From Balanoglossus misakiensis (Eukaryota > Animalia > Hemichordata), in contig CM082577.2 of NCBI GenBank assembly GCA_040954595.2, positions 1,426,001-1,490,000 of the forward strand: DNA of 64,000 nucleotides, in the 5' to 3' direction. The notes below the pieces were generated by a model. The model was not told the DNA's origin. It saw nothing but the letters and a program-made list of their open reading frames with translations, and searched no databases. The position numbers were made by a program, and so were the translations under genes. This document shows, piece by piece, positions 35,401 through 49,900 of this stretch (positions are counted from its first letter, which is position 1; each line of letters begins with the position of its first letter).

Positions 35401-38400
35401 ATGAGCTATAACCCATGATTTTTTCAAAAAATGAAGAAATTTCGAAAATTCGCAAAGTCGAAAAATTGTCATTTTTGGATGATTTTCATGAGCTATAACC
35501 CATGATTTTTTCAAAAAATGAAGAAATTTCGAAAATTCGCAAAGTCGAAAAATTGTCATTTTTGGATGATTTTCATGAGCTATAACCCATGATTTTTTCA
35601 AAAAATGAAGAAATTTCGAAAATTCGCAAAGTCGAAAAATTGTCATTTTTGGATGATTTTCATGAGCTATAACCCATGATTTTTTCAAAAAATGAAGAAA
35701 TTTCGGAAATTCGCACAGTCGAAAAATTGTCATTTTTGGATGATTTTCATGAGCTATAACCCATGATTTTGTCAGAAAATGAAGAAATTTCGAAAATTCG
35801 CACAGTCGAAAAATTGTCATTTTTTGATGATTTTCATGAGCTATAACCCATGATTTTGTCAGAAAATGAAGAAATTTCGAAAATTCGCAAAGTCGAAAAA
35901 TTGTCATTTTTGGATGATTTTCATGAGCTATAACCCATGATTTTTTCAAAAAATGAAGAAATTTCGAAAATTCGCAAAGTCGAAAAATTGTCATTTTTGG
36001 ATGATTTTCATGAGCTATAACCCATGATTTTTTCAAAAAATGAAGAAATTTCGAAAATTCGCAAAGTCGAAAAATTGTCATTTTTGGATGATTTTCATGA
36101 GCTATAACCCATGATTTTGTCAGAAAATGAAGAAATTTCGAAAATTCGCAAAGTCGAAAAATTGTCATTTTTGGATGATTTTCATGAGCTATAACCCATG
36201 ATTTTTTCAGAAAATGAAGAAATTTCGAAAATTCGCAAAGTCGAAAAATTGTCATTTTTGGATGATTTTCATGAGCTATAACCCATGATTTTTTCAAAAA
36301 ATGAAGAAATTTCGAAAATTCGCAAAGTCGAAAAATTGTCATTTTTGGATGATTTTCATGAGCTATAACCCATGATTTTTTCAAAAAATGAAGAAATTTC
36401 GAAAATTCGCAAAGTCGAAAAATTGTCATTTTTGGATGATTTTCATGAGCTATAACCCATGATTTTTTCAGAAAATGAAGAAATTTCGAAAATTCGCAAA
36501 GTCGAAAAATTGTCATTTTTGGATGATTTTCATGAGCTATAACCCATGATTTTTTTCAGAAAATGAAGAAATTTCGAAAATTCGCAAAGTCGAAAAATTG
36601 TCATTTTTGGATGATTTTCATGAGCTATAACCCATGATTTTTTCAAAAAATGAAGAAATTTCGAAAATTCGCAAAGTCGAAAAATTGTCATTTTTGGATG
36701 CTTTTCATGAGCTATAACCAATGATTTTTTCAAAAAATGAAGAAATTTCGAAAATTCGCAAAGTCGAAAAATTATCATTTTTGGATGATTTTCATGAGCT
36801 ATAACCCATGATTTTTTCAGAAAATGAAGAAATTTCGAAAATTCGCACAGTCGAAAAATTGTCATTTTTGGATGATTTTCATGAGCTATAACCCATGATT
36901 TTTTCAGAAAATGAAGAAATTTCGAAAATTCGCACAGTCGAAAAATTGTCATTTTTGGATGATTTTCATGAGCTATAACCCATGATTTTTTCAAAAAATG
37001 AAGAAATTTCGAAAATTCGCAAAGTCGAAAAATTGTCATTTTTGGATGATTTTCATGAGCTATAACCCATGATTTTTTCAAAAAATGAAGAAATTTCGAA
37101 AATTCGCAAAGTCGAAAAATTGTCATTTTTGGATGATTTTCATGAGCTATAACCCATGATTTTTTCAGAAAATGAAGAAATTTCGAAAATTCGCAAAGTC
37201 GAAAAATTTTCATTTTTGGATGATTTTCATGAGCTATAACCCATGATTTTTTTCAGAAAATGAAGAAATTTCGAAAATTCGCAAAGTCGAAAAATTGTCA
37301 TTTTTGGATGATTTTCATGAGCTATAACCCATGATTTTTTTGATTTCATGAGCTATAACCCATGATTTTTTCAAAAAATGAAGAAATTTCGAAAATTCGC
37401 AAAGTCGAAAAATTGTCTATTTTTGGATGATTTTCATGAGCTATAACCCATGATTTTTTCAAAAAATGAGAAGACATTGTGAGTTGATTTTCATGAGCTA
37501 TAACCCATGATTTTTTCAAAAAGAAGAAATTACGAAAATTCGCAAAGTCGAAAAATTGTCATTTTTGGATGATTTTCATGAGCTATAACCCATGATTTTT
37601 TCAAAAAATGAAGATATTTCGAAAATTCGCAAAGTCGAAAAATTGTCATTTTTGGATGATTTTCATGAGTTATAACCCATGATTTTTTCAGAAAATGAAG
37701 AAATTTCGAAAATTCGCAAAGTCGAAAAATTGTCATTTTTGGATGATTTTCATGAGCTATAACCCATGATTTTTTCAGAAAATGAAGAAATTTCGAAAAT
37801 TCGCAAAGTCGAAAAATTGTCATTTTTGGATGATTTTCATGAGCTATAACCCATGATTTTTTCAAAAAATGAAGAAATTTCGAAAATTCGCAAAGTCGAA
37901 AAATTGTCATTTTTGGATGATTTTCATGAGCTATAACCCATGATTTTTTCAGAAAATGAAGAAATTTCGAAAATTCGCAAAGTCGAAAAATTGTCATTTT
38001 TGGATGATTTTCATGAGCTATAACCCATGATTTTTTCAGAAAATGAAGAAATTTCGAAAATTCGCAAAGTCGAAAAATTGTCATTTTTGGATGATTTTCA
38101 TGAGCTGTAACCCATGATTTTTTCAAAAAATGAAGATATTTCGAAAATTCGCAAAGTCGAAAAATTGTCATTTTTGGATGATTTTCATGAGCTATAACCC
38201 ATGATTTTTTCAGAAAATGAAGAAATTTCGAAAATTCGCAAAGTCGAAAAATTGTCATTTTTGGATGATTTTCATGAGCTATAACCCATGATTTTTTCAA
38301 AAAATGAAGAAATTTCGAAAATTCGCAAAGTCGAAAAATTGTCATTTTTGGATGATTTTCATGAGCTATAACCCATGATTTTTTCAAAAAATGAAGAAAT

Positions 38401-41400
38401 TTCGAAAATTCGCAAAGTCGAAAAATTGTCATTTTTGGATGATTTTCATGAGCTATAACCCATGATTTTTTCAAAAAATGAAGAAATTTCGAAAATTCGC
38501 AAAGTCGAAAAATTGTCATTTTTGGATGATTTTCATGAGCTATAACCCATGATTTTTTCAAAAAATGAAGAAATTTCGAAAATTCGCAAAGTCGAAAAAT
38601 TGTCATTTTTGGATGATTTTCATGAGCTATAACCCATGATTTTTTCAAAAAATGAAGAAAATTCGCAAAGTCGAAAAATTGTCATTTTTGGATGATTTTC
38701 ATGAGCTATAACCCATGATTTTTTCAAAAAATGAAGAAATTTCGAAAATTCGCAAAGTCGAAAAATTGTCATTTTTGGATGATTTTCATGAGCTATAACC
38801 CATGATTTTTTCAAAAAATGAAGAAATTTCGAAAATTCGCAAAGTCGAAAAATTGTCATTTTTGGATGATTTTCATGAGCTATAACCCATGATTTTTTCA
38901 GAAAATGAAGAAATTTCGAATATTCGCAAAGTCGAAAAATTGTCATTTTTGGATGATTTTCATGAGCTATAACCCATGATTTTTTCAGAAAATGAAGAAA
39001 TTTCGAAAATTCGCAAAGTCGAAAAATTGTCATTTTTGGATGATTTTCATGAGCTATAACCCATGATTTTTTCAAAAAATGAAGAAATTTCGAAAATTCG
39101 CAAAGTCGAAAAATTGTCATTTTTGGATGATTTTCATGAGCTATAACCCATGATTTTTTCAAAAAATGAAGAAATTTCGAAAATTCGCAAAGTCGAAAAA
39201 TTGTCATTTTTGGATGATTTTCATGAGCTATAACCCATGATTTTTTCAAAAAATGAAGAAATTTCGAAAATTCGCAAAGTCGAAAAATTGTCATTTTTGG
39301 ATGATTTTCATGAGCTATAACCCATGGTTTTTTCAGAAAATGAAGAAATTTCGAAAATTCGCAAAGTCGAAAAATTGTCATTTTTGGATGATTTTCATGA
39401 GCTATAACCCATGATTTTTTCAGAAAGTGAAGAAATTTCTAAAATTCGCAAAGTCGAAAAATTGTCATTTTTGGATGATTTTCATGAGCTATAACCCATG
39501 ATTTTTTCAAAAAATGAAGAAATTTCGAAAATTCGCAAAGTCGAAAAATTGTCATTTTTGGATGATTTTCATGAGCTATAACCCATGATTTTTTCAAAAA
39601 ATGAAGAAATTTCGAAAATTCGCAAAGTCGAAAAATTGTCATTTTTGGATGATTTTCATGAGCTATAACCCATGATTTTTTCAAAAAATGAAGAAATTTC
39701 GAAAATTCGCAAAGTCGAAAAATTGTCATTTTTGGATGATTTTCATGAGCTATAACCCATGATTTTTTCAGAAAATGAAGAAATTTCGAAAATTCGCAAA
39801 GTCGAAAAATTGTCATTTTTGGATGATTTTCATGAGCTATAACCCATGATTTTTTCAAAAAATATAGAAATTTCGAAAATTCGCAAAGTCGAAAAATTGT
39901 CATTTTTGGATGATTTTCATGAGCTATAACCCATGATTTTTTCAAAAAATGAAGAAATTTCGAAAATTCGCAAAGTCGAAAAATTGTCATTTTTGGATGA
40001 TTTTCATGAGCTATAACCCATGATTTTTTCAGAAAATGAAGAAATTTCGAAAATTCGCAAAGTCGAAAAATTGTCATTTTTGGATGATTTTCATGAGCTA
40101 TAACCCATGATTTTTTCAAAAAATGAAGAAATTTCGAAAATTCGCAAAGTCGAAAAATTGTCATATTTGGATGATTTTCATGAGCTATAACCCATGATTT
40201 TTTCAGAAAATGAAGAAATTTCGAAAATTCGCAAAGTCGAAAAATTGTCATTTTTGGATGATTTTCATGAGCTATAACCCATGATTTTTTCAAAAAATGA
40301 AGAAATTTCGAAAATTCGCAAAGTCGAAAAATTGTCATTTTTGGATGATTTTCATGAGCTATAACCCATGATTTTTTCAGAAAATGAAGAAATTTCGAAA
40401 ATTCGCAAAGTCGAAAAATTGTCATTTTTGGATGATTTTCATGAGCTATAACCCATGATTTTTTCAAAAAATGAAGAAATTTCGAAAATTCGCAAAGTCG
40501 AAAAATTGTCATTTTTGTATGATTTTCATGAGCTATAACCCATGATTTTTTCAGAAAATGAAGAAATTTCGAAAATTCGCAAAGTCGAAAAATTGTCATT
40601 TTTGGATGATTTTCATGAGCTATAACCCATGATTTTTTCAAAAAATGAAGAAATTTCGAAAATTCGCAAAGTCGAAAAATTGTCATTTTTGGATGATTTT
40701 CATGAGCTATAACCCATGATTTTGTCAGAAAATGAAGAAATTTCGAAAATTCGCAAAGTCGAAAAATTGTCGTTTTTTGAAGATTTTCATGATACATATC
40801 CCATGGTTTTTGTCAAAAAATGAGGAAATTTTGAAAATTCGCAATGTCGAAACATCGTCGATTTTTGAAGATTTTCATGAGCTATAACCCATGGTTTTGT
40901 CAAGAAATGAAGAAATTTTGAAAAATCGCAAAGTCGAAAAATCGTCGATTTTTGAAGATATTCATGAGCTATAACCCATGGTTTTTGTCAAGAAATGAAG
41001 AAATTTTGAAAATTCGCAAAGTCGAAACATCGTCGATTTTTGAAGATTTTCATGAGGTATAACCCATGGGTTTTGTCAAGAAATGAAGAAATTTTGAAAA
41101 TTCACAAAGTCGAAAAATCGTCGTTTTTTGAAGATTTTCATGAGCTATAACCCATGGTTTTTGTCAAGAAATGAAGAAATTTTGAAAATTCGCAAAGTCG
41201 ACAAATCGTCGATTTTTGAAGATTTTCGTGAGCTATAGCCCATGGTTTTTGTCAAGAAATGAAGACATTTTGAAAATTCGCAAAGTCGAAACATCGTCGA
41301 TTTTTGAAGATTGTCATGAGCTATAACCCATGGTTTTTGTCAAGAAATGAAGAAATTTTGAAAATTCGCAAAGTCGACAAATCGTCGATTTTTGAAGATT

Positions 41401-41801
41401 TTCGTGAGCTATAACCCATGGTTTTTGTCAAGAAATGAAGAAATTTTGAAAATTCGCAAAGTCAAAAAATCGTCGTTTTTTAAAGATTTTCATGAGCTAT
41501 AACCCATGGTTTTTGTCAAGAAATGAAGAAATTTTGAAAATTCGCAAAGTCGAAAAATCGTCGATTTTTGAAGATTTTCATGAGCTATAACCCATGGTTT
41601 TTGCCAAGAAATGAAGAAATTTTGAAAATTCGCAAAGTCGGAAAATCGTCATTTTTGGACGATTTTCATGAGCTATAACCCATGGTTTTTGTCAAGAAAT
41701 GAAGACATTTTGAAAATTCGCAAAGTCGAAAAATCGTCCTTTTTTGAATTTTTTTATGAGCTATAACCCATGATTTGTGTCAGAAAATGAAGAAATTTTG
41801 A
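32483..41801 (-). repeat. 87-bp satellite DNA, inverted arm (~107 units); the last ~12 units (40770-41801) are a diverged variant
   Basis: The reverse complement of the same unit begins immediately after ...gggttatagc|gaaaattcgcaaagtcg at 32482/32483. Confidence 0.98.
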
Positions 41802-44800
41802 TAATCCTACCGTAAAATCTGACTGTATAAAGCATGCGTCAGTGCTGCCATAGTACTGTACGTCCGTCCACTTATTGTATCAGATAGCTTACGACTATCA
41901 CAGATCATGGTGGCCATAGCCCGACAGGCGGGGTTTCCAAGTTGGATGAGCATGCCAAACTTTGCTACTACCATGCAACAAAACTCAAATTATTTTGGAC
42001 CAATGACTTACTCATTCACTCACTTCATTTGATAGACTTTTCGGTCGAAGTTCCCTTTTATCTGTTGCGTGGTATTATTTGTTTATATTCGTTATCACAC
42101 AGGTCAAAGGTTGTATTGTCTATTTTAAGGAGTTGGACTTAGCTTATCTCTTTGTAAACTCATTGTGAATCTCTGCACCTGTACCAGATGTCCCCACCCA
42201 TGCACACACTCACAAATAACTGAAGGAATTAATGGTTTTAGATCCTGGTGCGAGACTTGTTGATATATTTCAAAATTAGTCTTTAATTCCGGATCTCAAA
42301 TTATTATACAATGCACATACGAAAAACTTGAAAACCATACAGATTGAAATATAATTGTCTAACTCAAATGAAGAATAACATAGCTCCAAATCTGGCTATT
42401 CAGAGAGAACGTTATGTAACTCTAACTGTACAAGAAATTCGAACAAAACTCCATGTTCCACTGTATTCAGCAAATTCCCTTCGGTATCAATGTTAACTTT
42501 TAAATGCATTGATTCTAATAATTGCAAGCATTTTATATGAAATCCAGAAACAAAGTCTTCATATTACATTACATTGGAAATGACATTGTCAAGCAAACTT
42601 TATATTGTTCTTATAATTACAAGTAAACAATGTATCAATTTCTTTTGAGATACTGTTTGTTTGTTGTTGTTGTTGTTGTTTTTTCCATCATTTGGCACAC
42701 TGGCTTGTGCAATGCAAAGGCTGCTGATGGGGTTTCAAATTGTGGTTGTTGATTTTTGTAAAATCATGAGTGAAAAACAGACTCTCTTCTTGGCACACAT
42801 GCTGCATCAGGTCAGATCAGGTCAAAACCAGTCGAGGGTGGCAAGACAGTCCCAATCTGGGTCACATCAACGGATAGTTTCCAAGGCAACCACTACTGTA
42901 TCTTCACGACCACAAGTACATCAGAATAACCAGATAGCTGAAACTGAAAGGTTACCACCACTAACACAAGGCAGGAACTTTTTGCTTGCAATTAAAGAGA
43001 GGATTTCATTCAGACGAATCTCTCCCAGAGAGATGGCTTTGCTTGCACCACACAGCTGCAGCAGGCTAGTGCAAGGTTTCATTTCAACACGATCTCCTGT
43101 CCGTTCACAACCACAGCAATGTTGTTTCTCAATCCACACACAGCTTGCCAGCAGCCGCAAGCCTCGACTTTGCTGAACGCCTGAATATCGACAAGACCTG
43201 CAAAGTAATGCTAAATTCACGAGCGACACACTGTGCAGTGAATGTACAAAAAGCTCAACTTGCATACATACAATATATGGCACTTTCACCAAACTTGGTG
43301 TTTGGGGACGAGGGTCCAACAGCAATTCTCTGCTGCGAAAGTGCATGTTTTTTTCTCTCTCTTTTTGTCACAATTAAATAAAAGTATGCACTTGCCGTTC
43401 CTGGAAACCTAGGGTTTGTTTTCTAATATTCAGTCTGGTCTGCGATCTGCAAAGAGGCAATATTAATGCTGTTGAGCTAATTGTTCTATCAGAAAATTTC
43501 AAATGACTGATCTTAGGCAGTTCTCATACAGTGAAGTATTTTTGAAACTTTCCTAAACTCAAGTTACTTATAAAAAATGAATCATCGTGCTGACAGAGTT
43601 GTATTTTTAAAAGTGTTACTAACTTAAATTATTAACCAGTCTGTTGTACAATGGATAGTCACCGACACTGCAAATGGGCACAAATCAGAATGTATGTTTC
43701 TGAACTAACTCATTTTCCTCGATTCTCTGCATCTACTCTCAGTTTGGAAATCACCTTTGTGCGTTCAGACATTTGAAGGAATACCCCTCATTTAAATAAA
43801 CCATATATGGTTAAAGGGGCATCTAAGGTCTAACATTTTTTTTTTAGAAATTGACAGCTATTAAACTTTCTTTGCAAACTGTCTCAGAGGGATATTTTCA
43901 CCACTAAGTCTGAAGTGTTAACACATGCCAACAAAGACCCATCCGTGTTTTTTTTCACCATACCTCAAAAGGAGAGCTGAGTTTAACACACAATGTCACA
44001 CGGGTTATTTGCTCTTCATCACCTGGAAAAAGACACAACAGCTATACCTCAGAAATGGAAAAAGATTTTTCCTAAACATAACTTCTTCAAACTATTTCAA
44101 TACTTTTCTGTGGTGAATGTAAACTTCCATAAAAAATATGAAAAGGGTTAAAGGGTAATTGATCTCTTCCTTCTTGACAAAGCTGTGCAGGTTTCCAAAG
44201 GACATTACATCAAAATGTGGGTAAAAAAAAGTTCAGAAAATACAAAAGGCTTGGTCCAAGCTCTGAAATTTTGCAGAACTTTGGCTAAGTTATTCCTTAA
44301 TTTGAAGGAAGTATGAAAAGTACCTGCCTTTACTTTCTTGTTGTCCGCGAAGACATACTCCGTCTGATTTGATTGTAAGCCATACAAACACTGAATTTTA
44401 CATGAACGAATGAGTTGCTAACGTTTTTGATAAAGTTTCTTTGGGCGTTCATTCTCGATTTGTGAAATCAGCTGAGATACACCTAGAATGGTACAAATGA
44501 AAGTTTCCAAGTGAAATGAATGAATGGTGATCAAGACTGGATTAACAGAAATTGGGGATGCAACTATGTAAACAAGGGAGAGTGCGATTTAAATGGGAAA
44601 GTTGCCAAACACAGACATAAATTATACATATGAAATAGGATAAGGCAATGGTTGTAACAAACAAGTTACTGTCACTAACAAAGTTTCCGTTCGATCGACA
44701 GACATGTTCATAAAAAGCAAACTAGCATCATATTGATCATCTCTCTCTCTAACACACACACACACACACACGTCAAATCTGAAAGATCCCTGACTACATC

Positions 44801-46943
44801 AGTAGGCACTATAATCATGTCACCTGTTCTATATGTAACAACACACTCACATCCCTACTGACCGTACATATTTTTTACTATATCAACGCAACGTTTCAAA
44901 TGCAGATGAGGACAGAGGGAGGTATGGATTAATGAAACATTTGCATGCAAGACAACAAGTTTACACTTTTATATGATGGTAATTCATATCACAGTATTAA
45001 CTACAATCACATGTTATGCATACAATAAACATCAAATGAAAATGTGAATTTGCCGATGCCCTCTCAAAAGAAAGTCACTCACTCTCTGCCAGGTGCTCTT
45101 AGAAAGATTCACCAACTTACATGCTTGAAGTTGGGGACCACAGTGGGCCCAACAGCATATAAAAAGATGCTGTGAAAACTACATTTTTTTATCAAGAAGA
45201 TAACTTTATTTAACACTTGCCTTTTTTTCTTTTTTTTCTATGGAAAGTAGCACAAACACAGTATGGGGACAAGCTGCCCACGCACAAAGCTTTACAATGT
45301 TATATTCTACTAACCTATTGGAAAATTACAACCTCAATTAGAATAGGAGTCCATTCACAGGTATAATTTCTCTGCCTCAGGTTTCCAGAAGGCGCCCAGA
45401 AGGTCAAAGGTCATATCTGGCACCCTCTAGAGAGGCTACCACAAGCACTCAAGTCAGGTGAGCAGTTAAAGTGACCATGCAGCGAAAGGTCAAATTTTAT
45501 TCAGACAAATTTGAAACAACTGTATCTGTGACTGGATTTCAGCACCTCATTGGATAACTGACCAGCTGACTTGAATACCGGGGTGTAAAAACAGTCATAA
45601 AACCAGTTTTTCACCAACTCAGTTGGGGACCTGCATTAGTCCAACAGCATTCGATGGTGCTTGCTGCGAAAACTGGCAAATTGGAAAACAGACATAAATA
45701 CTGACCTCCTTGGTGAAGTGCAGACAGAACCCTCACGATTTAAAAAAAAAAAAATCTCACTCAGAAAGTTAAAACGTACAAACAGTCCATGAGTGTCGGC
45801 AAAAAAAAAGTTAGAGTCACCTCCTGGTGTTAGAAGTGAAGAAATGCAAAAAAATCTTCTTGAATCATGACTACCACAGTAGACCTAAATGGGAAACATT
45901 CTCACCTTGATCTTGTCTACAAATACAAATATCCCCGTCCAACTGCTTCCTGTGCGTGACAAATACATGAAGGCTAATTTGAGCTGCTTGCTGGCATCAA
46001 CCCACAGAGAATTGAACTGACAAATTTCGGTCACACAGCCTGCGTGATTCTGGTCTCCATAAATATCAGCGAATCTTATCATTATCCTGGGTTTTCAGGA
46101 GAATGTGTTTCTATAAATAAGTTAATTCAATGCCACAAACAACCCAAACTTGACAAGCCTCTTTGAAAGCCACAATTACAGCCTGTCTATGCATTTGCAT
46201 ACTGACGATGAGTTTTCCCCTAATCAAGCTCCCAACTAGACCAGATTAATCTCAAGACTGTCCTTTGTGTAGACACACTGACTGCACAGATGTCACATGG
46301 CTTTTGCAACCTTACACAGTCTGTGAAAAGTCGGAACAGAAGCTGTGTGCCTGCTTACTGAAAAATTTAACATCTTTTCTGCCTACTGTAACTGATATTG
46401 CAAGGGTGTACGTACAATCAGTGAATTTATAATTGCCAAACAGGTGATAGATTCGGTTTCTGGCCAAGTGACTACAATGAGAACAGTCAAGAAATTCAAT
46501 TGATCTGAGACATTACCTTGGGTGCCACATCTCTGGAAGCAAATTCTCTCCAAGCACGTTTTTTTTTGCTCCGCGAAAATGACATGACCATTGAAAAGAA
46601 TGAAGGCCAAAAACAAGGAAAAGATCTGTATGTACAACTCAGATAGCAAGTTACATGATCTTGGAATGAACTTTTGTTATATAACTGACTTGCCTGTGAA
46701 ACTCGCAGCTTGGTAACCTGAAACTGCCATTTACACACTCACTGCAATAAAATAGATTCGCTGTCACTAGGCGGTGGCATGGACGCTCTCGATCACTTCA
46801 CAGAGGTGATGGAAAGCAAACACAAAATGCATCGTTGAGTTTCATAAATTGGTAATAGACATGTTTTATAGGTGTATATGTAAAAATAAAAGAGTCCACC
46901 TGCTATACATTTCATCGGCTACTGTGAGGCAGTGTTTGAGATT

Positions 46944-49900
46944 CTAGAAACGCACTCCACCTGTGGGCATCATGGGGGGTCTCAGGGGTGGTGGTGGACC
47001 CTGGCCACCCTGAAATGGGGGTGGTCCTGGAAACGGGGGTCTTGGTGGCATTCCTGGTTGTGGGGCTCCTGTAATCAGAACAGAGTTTTTGCAAGTTCAG
47101 ACCTTGTGAAGTCGTAGGAAATTCCCCCCCACCCCACCCCACAAAAATAATAATATCAAATACCTGGTTTGCTTTGTGACAGTTACATCAAAGAAAAGCT
47201 TGCAGTCACCATGGAAATTTTAGAATCACGCATAAAACTATCTAAAATTCAAAATGGCCATTTTTAAGTTTCTGGTATTGTCTGTCCATTTGTTTGCATG
47301 TTTACTACATAAAGTAAACAAACAGCCCTGTTTGTCAACCCTCAGGTAACAGCCACTTACCTTGTCCCATTGGCATACCCATACCCTGTTGTGGTGGTGG
47401 ACCTGTGGAAAAAATACAGTGGATGATAATTATGGAATGACTTGATCAAGCACTTCCATTTGTTTCTGATACACAAACACACACACACACAGATACCAGG
47501 TTTACCTATTAGCCACATAATGCCAGCCAGAGTCTACCCTCTTCAAGGCTTCAGTTTCAATATCCTTCAACTGAGGATACGGTACCACACCAAACAACTA
47601 CACTCCTAAACACACTGGCAGTTGCAAGCGTTGCTTCGGTGAACCACATCAAAAACGCCTTGGCTCATAAATGCTAACATTCAGACAAGTATATGTGGAA
47701 GGCGACTTAACTGCAAGTACCTTTGTCCGCGTGTCGGTAGTACGGTTAAACGGTTATGTCCTTACCTTGGGGAGCCATGGGAGGTCTCATTTGTTGTCCC
47801 ATTAAGTTACCTGCCATAGTAGGTGGTTGGGATAGCATTGGGGGCGCTCCTGTCTGGGCTGTGCTTCCTCCACTCCCTCCGACGGATTTGGGTCTTTGAT
47901 ATTTAGGGAGCAAGGCCCTCCTTTCTTCCTGTAAATTAATAGAAAATAAAGATTTTTTTAAAATAGAAATGCACAAGTGCTACAATGGAGGACAGTTACA
48001 AAATGGGCAAACCATTAGACATTAATCACAGAGCAGTAGTCATGTTTAGGTAAAATGAATGTGGAATCCCTTTGTGTTGTAAAACCACTGTCAGAGCACC
48101 CTACTTGATTACGACATCATGAAGTCGTCGGGTAGAATGGTCAAAGAACCCTTGCTTGAGGTCTACATCCTGAGATAGAAACACTGACTCGATATTTATG
48201 CAGAGCACGGGTACTCACCAATGATATATCTTCATCGGGATGCATCAGCTTGCTGCTTCCCGATCCGCTGCTTGGCACTGTTGCTGGTTTGCTGATTGTT
48301 GCCGGTGCGCTGGTGACCGCCTTGGCTGTTGGCATCGCACTGGCAACTGGCGGGGGCGTCTGTGATGACCCTGTAGTACTTGCCGGATTCGAGTAGGCTG
48401 GGAACGTGTGTTTCACAGGACCTCTTGTGGGCCCTGCTTGAGGGCCACTGGCTCCACCCAGAGGTTTGAAGTCTGCTCCTACTGGCCCTGACGACGTCGT
48501 GTCTGGTTTTGTCTGGGAGAAATCATTTGGGACAAAGTGTCAACCACAAAATTTGCCTGGCCAAGCTTCAATGTTTTATACATATCCACGCATTCACTGT
48601 ACTGCTGTGTCATCTAATCTATCCATCTCTATGTACATACCAATACATTAAGAAAACACACCAAATCCTCATGCTGTTTCTAAGAAAAATATGTAATCTG
48701 ATGGTGGTAACTGATACAGAATTACGTGATGGCAGCAACTGATACAGAATTACTGACACAGCAGTACAGTGTATTACTTGGCACACCCAAATTCCACTAT
48801 ATTAACCCTTTCACCACCACAGCTCAGTCCAACTCCATTGTTTTCAATGGCAGTGCTGGTCCTTTAAACTGGCAAATGGGGTGAAAGGGTTAACGAAACT
48901 TTTGGGGCTTGCAATATCTGTTTCATGCCAATTAATTTTGTTATTAGCTGAGTATGTTTATACATGTCCAGGTGGTGTGGAATAGATTGGAATAGCAGCT
49001 TACTCAAATATATTGAGAGGCATGTGTGCCGCTCTGAATACTCACAGGGGTGGGTGTGATCATAGTGAGAATACTGTAATACACTTTGATTTAGCAGCAT
49101 GCTTTTTTAGCCAATTTGGATTGTAAGTACAGTAAGCGAGTTTTTAATTTAGCTATGAAGGCATCGTAACCGTGGTAAATATAGAGAAAAGTTTGAATTA
49201 GCTGCATCTTAGCGAACTGACACACCTAGTTAAATAAAATAACATGCTGGCTAAAAAACATCTTTTACAGTACATTGCCACTCTTGTGTGCCATTCTGAA
49301 TAAATCACAAAGATGGGTGTGATCATTGCGAGAATACATAACACCTACTGTTACTGCACTTGGGAATAAAGGTTTTGCAGGCTGCTGCTGTTGCTGCACT
49401 TGCGGCGGCGGCTGCAGCTGTGGTGGTTGTTGCACTCCGACTGGCGCGGTTGTCACTGGCGGTCCTTGCATCTGGGGTCGCATTGGGCCTGGTGGCATGC
49501 CGAATGGTGGCATTCCTGGTGGCAGTCCGGCCATTCCCGCAGGTGGCATCGGCATGCTGGAAGGGAAAAAATTGGCGAGGCTTAACGAGCAATGTTCGCC
49601 GAGCCTCAAAAGTAAGTAACGGATAACAGAGAATGTAAAGGTGCTATCTTGAATGTAGGTCCCACAAAAAAATAGTGTTTTCCAAATCCCCCCCAAGGAA
49701 TGTCTGATACAGAATAGATTAATTTACATAACATTCAGATGACATTAGCAGACAAGATGCTTTGAAATCAATAATTTAATAAATAAACTATTTCAGCAAA
49801 TAACACAGACAAAATCAGAGACTTCTAATATTTTAACATGCAAATGAATGGCAAAGTGAACACACAACACACAACAAACTGATAAAAGTCCCTCTGTACT

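Noticed and set aside
27161-40797. Long ORFs (up to 802 aa) of repeated MTIFRLCEFSKFLHFLKKSWVIAHENHPK
   Set aside because: They result from an 87-bp (29-codon) unit lacking a stop in one frame. Frameshifting 1-bp indels are frequent, orientation flips mid-array and there are no splice or promoter signals.
27194-41801. CRISPR-like array
   Set aside because: Units are contiguous with no unique spacers, there are no cas genes, and the context is eukaryotic.
42661-43381. ORFs of 171, 141 and 78 aa
   Set aside because: No recognisable domain, no consistent splice structure, and non-ATG starts; probably UTR or intergenic.
48085-48190. Possible intronic snoRNA hairpin in ZNF207 (also a C/D-like pair at ~50798-50922)
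   Set aside because: There is a stem-loop and an ACA/CTGA motif but no proper H box or convincing rRNA antisense element; an Rfam/Infernal search would be needed.
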